From the NCBI GenBank assembly GCA_043825735.1, contig JBDRRP010000090.1:1-64000 (forward strand): 64,000 nt of DNA. The letters are read 5' to 3'. The notes beneath the pieces were generated by a model. That model did not search any database. It had not been told where the DNA came from and was given only the letters and a program-made list of their open reading frames with translations. Source of the DNA: Pseudomonadota bacterium. GTDB lineage: Bacteria > Desulfobacterota > Desulfobacteria > Desulfobacterales > JBDRRP01. Below are positions 56,547 to 64,000 of the stretch, one piece after another; the first letter of the stretch is position 1, and the number at the start of each line of letters is the position of its first letter. The position numbers were made by a program, and so were the translations under genes.

Positions 56547-57781
56547 TTCATCGAGGCGCCAGAGAGATTGGCGGCACCTGTATCCAGATGACATCCGGCG
56601 GAAAATCAATCTTGGTGGATGCCGGGCATCCTTTAGGTGATACATCCAGCCATATCGACCTATCAGCACTCGACTTTAGTGATGTGCTGATCAGTCATCC
56701 TCACAAAGACCATTATGGCATGATTGAAGAAATAGAAAAGAATAAAACCATCCATGTGGGTGAACTGGGCCGAAAGCTCATAGATGCTGGCCGGATTTTT
56801 ATGGGCCAACCTGCTCTGGATAACAGTTTTAGTTACTATGAAAACCGAAAACCGTTTGTGATCGGCCCGTTCACTGTGACCCCTTACCTAATGGATCATT
56901 CGTCGGTCGATGCTTTTGGGTTCTTGATTGAAGCTGAAGGGAAGCGAATATACTACAGTGGTGATTTCCGTTCGCATGGAATGAAAAAGAAGGTTTTTAA
57001 ATGGTTTCTGTCAGATCCGCCGAGGGATGTTGACCTCCTGTTGCTGGAAGGGACGATGATGTCACGTATGGGGCGGGACAGTGACAAGGAATCGGTTCTC
57101 GAAAACCAGATGCTCGAGATAATTAAAGGCGCTATCGGGGCGTGCTTCTTGATCTGCTCCGGCCAGCATATTGATAGGCTCAGTGCCTCATTTCGCGCTT
57201 GCAAGCGTGCGAGACGAATTTTTGTGATCGATATCTACACTGCCTATATCCTTCGGTTGGTTTCTGATCGATTCGAGAATGTTCCGGATTTTACCGATAA
57301 ACACTTCCGGGTTCTTACTAAGGGCAAAACGGCAAGTGCCCACTTTTCAAAGGTTGCTGCTAACCGAAGACTCTTCGGAAATTTCATCTCCGACATTTTT
57401 GTGGTAGGAACTCAAATTGGCAAAGAAGAGATACTGGATAAGCCGGGAAAATTCTTTTTGAAAATCAGCAATTTTTCTGATTTGTTGGATGCGCTATCTG
57501 AAACACCGGTCAGCGTAATTTATTCCCAATGGGATGGTTACAAGAAGGAAAAATACAATCCCAGCGGATTTATGAAGTTTGTTGATCTGGAAAACAATCC
57601 CAATATCGAATTCCACAATGTACACACCAGCGGTCATGCTGTTTTAAGTGATCTGCAAGAACTGGCAGAAGCAGTTAGGCCGGGAATAGTAGCACCGATT
57701 CACACTGAAAATGCTAACAATTACCATAAATATTTTTCCAATGTCCAACTATTGGGTGATGGTGAAGCGTTTTCAATTTAG
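56534..57781 (+). CDS. MBL-fold beta-CASP (RNase J-like) nuclease
   Basis: HRGAREIGGTC, SHPHKDH, DHS, YSGDFR, LEGT, HTSGHA, PIHTE. Confidence 0.88.
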   Translation: MDIVIHRGAREIGGTCIQMTSGGKSILVDAGHPLGDTSSHIDLSALDFSDVLISHPHKDHYGMIEEIEKNKTIHVGELGRKLIDAGRIFMGQPALDNSFSYYENRKPFVIGPFTVTPYLMDHSSVDAFGFLIEAEGKRIYYSGDFRSHGMKKKVFKWFLSDPPRDVDLLLLEGTMMSRMGRDSDKESVLENQMLEIIKGAIGACFLICSGQHIDRLSASFRACKRARRIFVIDIYTAYILRLVSDRFENVPDFTDKHFRVLTKGKTASAHFSKVAANRRLFGNFISDIFVVGTQIGKEEILDKPGKFFLKISNFSDLLDALSETPVSVIYSQWDGYKKEKYNPSGFMKFVDLENNPNIEFHNVHTSGHAVLSDLQELAEAVRPGIVAPIHTENANNYHKYFSNVQLLGDGEAFSI

Positions 57782-57854
57782 TTTTTAAACACTGTTTATA
57801 CAAGAACAAACTGGCCTGTAAAATTATTGCCTAAACGAATCGAAAGGATCAAAT

Positions 57855-58589
57855 ATGGACATTTTGAGTTTTTCTCGGAAGGCTTCTGATGCTTGGAATA
57901 GTTTACCACAAGAAATGAAAAGTAGCTTAGATAAATATTTTCATTTACGTCCTACTAATTCAGGGATAACTATTGTTTCAACTATCCCTTTTTTCCCAAT
58001 GAGAGGGATAGCGGGTATTCGTAGCAAAGATTCTCTTTTAGATAAGCTAAATGACATTTACAAAAATATGAACCAAATATCTTCAGTTGATATAGAAGTT
58101 GTTACTGAGAAAATGAAAGAAATAGGTTTCACAAAAAGAGAGGGCAAGAAAGCAGTCAATATCGAGGAGGATATTCAAGCATTGATGATACGGAGTATGT
58201 CTAACGATGAGAACTTACGTATCAAGTTGTCTGCAGCAAATAGGATAAAGTTTGTTGCATCTGAACTAATCTTTGAAAAGGGGAAGAATCGTGTAGATGT
58301 TGTTGGTTTCGATGGAATCAATTTATATTTATTTGAATTGAAGAAAGGAAGAACAACTAAAGTCGATCAGGTTAGACGATATGTTGATTACTATTCAGAG
58401 TCAAAGAATTTAATTCGACTTAAAGAGTTATTAAAGTTTTATCCGATCAATCCAGTGGATAGATTTGATGGAATCAAAGGGATAATGGTTATGCAGTATG
58501 CTGATAATAGTACAAAAAACTGGCCTTACCTCGCTGAAATAAATGATATAGATATCTTGTTTTTTGAAAAATCAATATCATACAGATAA
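57855..58589 (+). CDS. PD-(D/E)XK-like nuclease
   Basis: EEDIQALMI..SEL..RVDVVG..LFELKK..DQVRRY; very AT-rich. Confidence 0.7.
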   Translation: MDILSFSRKASDAWNSLPQEMKSSLDKYFHLRPTNSGITIVSTIPFFPMRGIAGIRSKDSLLDKLNDIYKNMNQISSVDIEVVTEKMKEIGFTKREGKKAVNIEEDIQALMIRSMSNDENLRIKLSAANRIKFVASELIFEKGKNRVDVVGFDGINLYLFELKKGRTTKVDQVRRYVDYYSESKNLIRLKELLKFYPINPVDRFDGIKGIMVMQYADNSTKNWPYLAEINDIDILFFEKSISYR

Positions 58590-59074
58590 GTGTTGCATAG
58601 AAATAAATTAAAGACGATTCAATCGCACGCTTATAATAAAGCATCTTGAGATAGTTTCGATAACTGCTATGACTCTGCACCTATCAGACATATGAAATAT
58701 TATGATATCCTCAAAATATCAAACCCAGAAAAGTGATTTTTTTTATGGTTTCTGATGCCAGACCCGTTGCCGCGCACTACGGCCATCATTCTTTCGGTTG
58801 GGCAACCCAAAATCCTGCCCCGACTAACCACCGCCCTACGCCTATCTATACGTAACAAAATGACTGTTGACCCGTAAATGGTTGCGGGCGATTATGTCTC
58901 TGTTTTTTCTATTAAAAAGAGAAAACGGAGGCAATTATGGTTCCCACCGACATCCTTTCCTCCATTGCTCGGCCGTGGGCATCGTGAATTGTAGTTTGAA
59001 TTAACTGGTTTTGCAGGATTAGATGGGGCGGAAGAGAAGATCCCGCCCCGTCTAACGTTTATTGGGAGGAAGCA

Positions 59075-61003
59075 TTAACAATCGCTGAACGGATCGTCAC
59101 CCCGAGGGAAGAGTTCTTCCGTGTCTATTTCCTGTGCGATTTTTTTGGCCTGCAATTTCCTGGGGGGGCCATCGATATTAGCGTCTGTAACAGTGCGTTG
59201 TTTTCGGCGGAAGAAACTCCCGTTTGACTTATTGTCCATCAGGCTCTCGGCTGCAGCACCGGCCACAATTTTCACCAGGTCCTTAACTAAAACTTTCATC
59301 TGTTCGGCCTGGACGCTCATTTCTTCGGCGGCTGACGCAGACTCCTCGGCCCCGGCCGTGTTGCTCTGGGTCACCTTGTCCATTTCGGTAACGGCGATGT
59401 TGATCTGATCGATACCACGGGCCTGTTCGCTGGATGCGGCGGCGATCTCCGACACTAGCTCGCCCACTTTAGTCTCAGCCTCCGACACGCTGGCGAAAAC
59501 GGCATTGGTAGAGACCACCAGTTCGGAGCCGTCCTTGACCTTCTTCACCGTTCCCTCGATGAGGTTGGCCGTATTTTTTGCCGCCTCGGCCGCCCGCATT
59601 GCAAGGTTTCTCACCTCGTCGGCCACCACGGCGAACCCTGCGCCGGCCTCTCCGGCACGGGCTGCCTCCACCGCCGCGTTCAGAGCCAGGAGATTTGTCT
59701 GAAAGGCAATCTCGTCGATAGTCTTGATGATTTTACTGGTCTCCTCGCTGGCGGTGGATATCTCAGACATGGATGCGGTGAGCGCATTCATGGACCGGTT
59801 GGCAGTGAGCACTACGCTGTTGGCCTCTTTCATCAGAAGATCGGCCTGGGTGGCGTTGTCAGCGTTCTGCTTGGTCATGGAACTCATCTCCTCCAGTGAG
59901 GAGGAGGTCTCCTCGATGGAGGCGGCCTGCTCGCTGGAACCCTCGGCCAGGGACTGGCTGTATGACGATACCTGACCGGCGGCCGAGGCCACCTGCTCGG
60001 CGCCCGTCCGAAGATCTCCAGCCATACGCTGAATGGCCTTCGATATCCGGCTGATCAGAATGAATGCAGTCAATATGACGAAGGCTGTCACGGCGGCGCC
60101 GGTGATGATTAAACTCTGTCGGGTGCGGTGTGACAGGGTGGATATGGAATCGTCGATTTCAGCAACTACACTGTTGCGGGTTTCTTGCCCCTCACGGCGT
60201 ATCTTACCAACACGATCGCTAATATCGCGGTTCAGCGCATCGCGTTCGGAGGCCATCACGCCTGCGATGAGGGCCGCGTTTCCGGTGATCATCTCCCCGA
60301 AGCGGAGATCCATTCCCTGTAATCGAGCGGACATACGGTCCCGACTCACGCAAAGCACCAAAGAACCCAGCGGCTTGCCTTCTAACGCCACAGGTTTTTC
60401 TATGCGAAAAACGGTTTCGTCCTTTGCGGAGGCGGAAAGAATTTTTTCAATCTTACCGCCGTCCGAGTCACTTTGAAGGTAGGTCTGGATCTTGGGGTGA
60501 TCCTTGTCTACGAAGCGGCTCAGCGGTTTTCCATCCGGCTTCAGGTAAATCGCATAAACGATGTCCGGGTGCTGAGACGCGGAACGGGCGTAGGTGATCA
60601 ATTCCATGAAGTCATTGGTGACAATCGCCTTGGGCGCCACCCTTACAAGCAACTCAGCGATGGTTTCCATGTTTTCAGTCAGCACCTGGCTGTAACTCTC
60701 AGCAACGCTTCTCTTTTCCTCATTGAGCGTTCTTTCGCTTTCTTCGGTGATCTGGGTCCGTGCAGTCTCGGTCATCCGGACAAGGCTACCGGCGATTGCG
60801 GTGCTGAGTTGGTTCATGGCGTTATCCGCACTTTTGCCGTTTTCAGCAAGCGACCCCGTCACACTGGATCCCATCCGCTCGAGCAGGGATGACTCCAAGA
60901 TCACCACAACCGAAGTCAAAGCGACGATGGCAACAGCCATTGACACTCCGATGGCGATGATCAGTTTGGTCCGCAGACTTTGGTTGGTTATCCTTTGGAA
61001 CAT
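59075..61003 (-). CDS. Methyl-accepting chemotaxis protein
   Basis: [37 protein letters not shown]; two TM helices around a periplasmic domain. Confidence 0.95.
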   Translation of the reverse strand: MFQRITNQSLRTKLIIAIGVSMAVAIVALTSVVVILESSLLERMGSSVTGSLAENGKSADNAMNQLSTAIAGSLVRMTETARTQITEESERTLNEEKRSVAESYSQVLTENMETIAELLVRVAPKAIVTNDFMELITYARSASQHPDIVYAIYLKPDGKPLSRFVDKDHPKIQTYLQSDSDGGKIEKILSASAKDETVFRIEKPVALEGKPLGSLVLCVSRDRMSARLQGMDLRFGEMITGNAALIAGVMASERDALNRDISDRVGKIRREGQETRNSVVAEIDDSISTLSHRTRQSLIITGAAVTAFVILTAFILISRISKAIQRMAGDLRTGAEQVASAAGQVSSYSQSLAEGSSEQAASIEETSSSLEEMSSMTKQNADNATQADLLMKEANSVVLTANRSMNALTASMSEISTASEETSKIIKTIDEIAFQTNLLALNAAVEAARAGEAGAGFAVVADEVRNLAMRAAEAAKNTANLIEGTVKKVKDGSELVVSTNAVFASVSEAETKVGELVSEIAAASSEQARGIDQINIAVTEMDKVTQSNTAGAEESASAAEEMSVQAEQMKVLVKDLVKIVAGAAAESLMDNKSNGSFFRRKQRTVTDANIDGPPRKLQAKKIAQEIDTEELFPRGDDPFSDC

Positions 61004-61104
61004 TTGGTTGCCCTCAATAGGTTGTATGCTGTTCGCAATCCGTCCTGAGTGCCGGTGGGCAGTGATGTTCCGCCCACCGGTCATGATATTGATCTGATAT
61101 TCTA

Positions 61105-62022
61105 CTATTTGGCTGCTAGTTTCGCCGAGGCGTAGGCGCCGACACCAAGCGTTTTCTGCAGACTCTCAATTCCGTCGTAGTCGAGGGCATCGGCCCAGCC
61201 GACCACCTTCGCGTCCTTTGCAGCAGGGTCATCGCTATTCATCTGTTTGAGGGCCTCCACGACCTTAGCAACCAACTCCCCGTCCGTTTTGGCGGTTTTG
61301 GCTAGCGGCCATTCCGGATAGAGCGCGGTGCTGCACACAAACGGAAACCCATCATGAGAGCGTGGAGCGATGATACGGAATTCGTCCATGTCGATCACCC
61401 CGGCAGCCACCATGCGCTCAAGGGTGTCGGTACGCACCGTACCTGCTTCGACAGCGCCGTTCTGGACCGCCAGTACAACGTTGTCGTGCTTGCCGCCGAA
61501 GGTCAATTGGGAAAAATCTTTGCCTGGGTCGATTCCTGCGTCGATGAATTCCTTGTACGCCATCTGCCACCCGCCAAACGAGGATTCCTCGACGGCCATG
61601 AAGGAGTGCCCTTTGAGATCGTTCAGCGTCTTGATGTCGTCGTTTTCGGCGTTGGTGAAAATGACGCCGCCGAACGCCCTAAGGGGTTTACCCTGACGGG
61701 AATTGATCATGGTTGCCACAGCCTGGGCGCCGTATTTCACCTTGGCGGTGATGAACATTGACGAGTTGACCAGAAAAAAATCAACGGTGCCATTTTGAAC
61801 GGCAGGGTTGACCTCATCGAATCCCAGCGGCACGATTTCGAATGTGGTGCCCGGAATCTTTCCGGACAAATAGTCTCCTGTGGTTTTCCATTGATTAAGT
61901 GCCTTTACCGGGCCGTTTTTGGCCAATACGCCGATTTTAACCGTGTCGGCGTGAGCGCAGACAGGGAAAGACAAGAAACAAGTAAGCGCTGCGATTAACA
62001 CAAGAGAACCTGTCTTTTTCAT
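61105..62022 (-). CDS. Periplasmic PhnD/SsuA-type (phosphonate-binding fold) solute-binding protein
   Basis: Signal peptide; [44 protein letters not shown]. Confidence 0.85.
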   Translation of the reverse strand: MKKTGSLVLIAALTCFLSFPVCAHADTVKIGVLAKNGPVKALNQWKTTGDYLSGKIPGTTFEIVPLGFDEVNPAVQNGTVDFFLVNSSMFITAKVKYGAQAVATMINSRQGKPLRAFGGVIFTNAENDDIKTLNDLKGHSFMAVEESSFGGWQMAYKEFIDAGIDPGKDFSQLTFGGKHDNVVLAVQNGAVEAGTVRTDTLERMVAAGVIDMDEFRIIAPRSHDGFPFVCSTALYPEWPLAKTAKTDGELVAKVVEALKQMNSDDPAAKDAKVVGWADALDYDGIESLQKTLGVGAYASAKLAAK

Positions 62023-62278
62023 GGGGATTCCTCCTTAACAATAAAAATTATAAAATTATGGCGTTGAATGAAAAGCCCCTAAACTTCAGATCTGTAAAGC
62101 GATGCCTAATAATTCGGCAGGATCCAATTAAACTTGAGTAAAATTTGACCCCGTCGTAAAAAGGCCGACTTCAGCGAACTATAGAAATATCAGGAAAAAT
62201 TTGATTTTCCCGTTGACGAGAAACGGCTGACTTGGCAGCATATTATAAACATAAACAATGCTTTAGATAGATTTGGAT

Positions 62279-62549
62279 ATGCTCAGGGCAAACGGCCGCA
62301 AACAACGACATCTGTTCGACCCCTGGCAGTTCATGAGCCCGAAACGGCGCAAAATGCTCGACGAGGACTGGCCCGGGTTTTTCCGTCAATACATCATAGA
62401 CCTGCTGCCGGTTGAAAAACTCAGCCTGGCCTTTCCTCACCACATGGGGCGGCCCACCAAGGAATTGCATACCGTAGCCCCATTGCTTATGAAAAAGAAC
62501 GAATACGAACGGCTGCCTAACCGTGTGTCCGTTTTCAGTTGACACTACA
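62279..62549 (+). mobile_element. Chimeric IS remnant: transposase N-terminus (IS1182/IS5-like) joined to an IS3-family right end
   Basis: LFDPW..SPKRRKML..W.GFFR..GRPTKEL; then YRSPIAYEKERIRTAA* (62470-62520) and terminal TGTGTCCGTTTTCAGTTGACACTACA. Confidence 0.65.
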
Positions 62550-62652
62550 CAGAGCTCTACGCCTATCATTCTGCAATTGGCGGCGGATCAGGAAGATAGA
62601 GGAACATGGCAAATAGTCCTCCCATAGAGGAAACTGAATTAGGCTGACGTCG

Positions 62653-62699
62653 GCCTAACCATCGTTGAATGAGATGTCTATTAAATATGAATGTTATGT
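62653..62699 (+). other. Short, degenerate attC-like site
   Basis: GCCTAAC ... GTTATGT, 47 bp, imperfect inner palindrome. Confidence 0.4.
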
Positions 62700-62750
62700 G
62701 TTTTGGAAAAGTAATAGGGGTCAGACCACGAATATCGTTGAGGGTTTATA

Positions 62751-63239
62751 ATGAGCGAAAAATACAGATTTAAACCAGCTTCACAACAAGAGCTATCGCT
62801 ATATTGTTTTGTTGGCGAGTCTGTATGTGCAGTGCAGCATGTGGAAGATGCCCTTAGTCATTCGATTATATTAAAAAGGACAAAACCACGGTTAAGGTCA
62901 GAAGCTGACCAACTTTTAGAGGAATACCGTTCATATACTCTTGGTAAAGCTATCAAGATTGCCGAACAAGAAAGTTTATATCCTGAGTCACTACAGCAAG
63001 AACTTATAGAGTTTTTGTCAGAAAGAAATTGGCTTATTCATAAAAGTATTGCACAAAGCCGAGATGAATGGGATTTGAATATCTCCAGAGAAAAATTGAT
63101 TTATAGAATAAAGGCTATCACAACACAAGCACAGAAGCTTTTACAGTTGATCGAAGAGGATTTGATCGAGTTTTCAGAAGCTAATGGTGTTGATATGTCT
63201 CGGGTGAGAGCTGAAATAAATAAGCATTATTTTGAATAA
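62751..63239 (+). CDS. Cassette-borne hypothetical protein with HEPN-like Rx4H motif
   Basis: Helical composition; YTLGKAI; ERNWLIH; AT-rich; GAGG RBS. Confidence 0.65.
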   Translation: MSEKYRFKPASQQELSLYCFVGESVCAVQHVEDALSHSIILKRTKPRLRSEADQLLEEYRSYTLGKAIKIAEQESLYPESLQQELIEFLSERNWLIHKSIAQSRDEWDLNISREKLIYRIKAITTQAQKLLQLIEEDLIEFSEANGVDMSRVRAEINKHYFE

Positions 63240-63320
63240 TAAGGGGACAGGCCACGAACTATAAGTATCCGCTTAGGCCGTTATCAGATATAGAGAAACT
63301 AAAGTTAAAAACAATAAAAC

Positions 63321-63392
63321 ACATAACAAGGCGCTCGTTCGGACTCAAACTTCACTGCGTTTCGTTTGCGCCGCACAGGTTAAGCGTTAACT
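63321..63392 (+). other. Integron attC site
   Basis: ACATAAC ... GTTAACT, 72 bp; inner CGGACTCAAAC/GTTTGCGCCG pairing with an unpaired base; AAAACACATAAC is the exact reverse complement of GTTATGTGTTTT at the cassette start (62693). Confidence 0.78.
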
Positions 63393-63406
63393 CTTTGAAG
63401 GTTATT

Positions 63407-64000
63407 ATGGGCAAGAGTTCAAATCAAGAAATTGAAAAATATTTCTTTGAAATGTTTCGTAAGGATTATCCGTTGCCATCTGGTAATGTTGTCTACGGAG
63501 ATAGTCCTGATATCGTTATGGATGGTGAAAGAAAAATCGGGATCGAAATTACCAACTTTTACCACAAGCCTGGCTCCGCCCCAGAAAGCGAGCAGATTCA
63601 AAATAGCTGGAGAGGTAAGGTCATTTCAGAGGCACAAAATTTTTATGAAAAACAAAATGGTAAAAAGTTTGAAATTTCCTTTGGATTTGATAAATCAAAT
63701 CCTATCCAAAATCAAAAAGATCTAATCAAACAAATATTTGATTTAGCAACGCAAATTCAAAATTGTGAAACTGGGCAAATTAGAACAGATTATTTTAAGC
63801 AGATTCCGGAGCTTTCATTCGTTTATTTGAACAATAAAGAGTACAGAGACAATAAGTGGAGAATCGTTCAAGTTTACGATGTTCCAATTCTAAAAATGAA
63901 GCGATTATTAAAAATTGTCAGAGATAAAGAACATCGCTCTAAAAAATATGAGAAATGTGATGCGTATTGGTTACTTGTTGTTGTCGATTTTATGAATCGT
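63407..64000 (+). CDS. Partial cassette-borne protein with PD-(D/E)XK-like motif (runs off the window; absent from the ORF track)
   Basis: Own translation MGKSSNQEIEKYFFEMF..GDSPDIVMDGERKIGIEITNFY..KKYEKCDAYWLLVV; open for 198 codons. Confidence 0.7.
   Translation, partial: MGKSSNQEIEKYFFEMFRKDYPLPSGNVVYGDSPDIVMDGERKIGIEITNFYHKPGSAPESEQIQNSWRGKVISEAQNFYEKQNGKKFEISFGFDKSNPIQNQKDLIKQIFDLATQIQNCETGQIRTDYFKQIPELSFVYLNNKEYRDNKWRIVQVYDVPILKMKRLLKIVRDKEHRSKKYEKCDAYWLLVVVDFMNR

Noticed and set aside
58836..62567. CTACGCCTATC repeated on either side of the MCP block
   Set aside because: An 11-bp match is expected by chance in 64 kb; no other element boundary evidence
63432..63725. 97-aa ORF from the track
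   Set aside because: Out-of-frame overlap with the longer ORF starting at 63407

Overview
GC-rich bacterial chromosome segment. The gene repertoire (class I adenylate cyclase, many acyl-CoA enzymes, a UGA-readthrough rhodanese) looks like an anaerobic Desulfobacterota-type organism; this is inference, as no marker gene is present. Main content: (1) an acyl-CoA catabolic cluster at about 5.1-17.3 kb with two Cys-less thiolase-fold genes, two DUF35 genes, two acyl-CoA ligases and a hydratase, resembling the actinobacterial ltp3/ltp4/echA19 module; (2) a TetR-headed operon at 42.9-52.9 kb with two unusual multidomain fusions (MaoC-SDR-SCP2 and HMG-CoA-synthase-like-DUF35-SDR-SCP2); (3) a probable selenocysteine rhodanese-ferritin-like fusion with a SECIS-like hairpin, which the ORF track splits in two; (4) four type II toxin-antitoxin pairs; (5) an AT-rich island at about 53.9-58.8 kb (IS1595-like Zn-ribbon gene, broken dnaB-like gene, Zn-finger protein, beta-CASP nuclease, PD-(D/E)XK nuclease); (6) IS remnants and integron-type cassettes with attC sites at the right end. 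Intergenic DNA is dense with repeats: divergent arrays of TGAC plus GNA-loop mini-hairpins in shuffled order, TTGAT...ATCAA-bounded elements with interchangeable palindromic interiors, and 6-, 7-, 8- and 9-mer periodic repeats. No rRNA, tRNA or CRISPR array was recognised. All family assignments come from motif recognition, not database searches.
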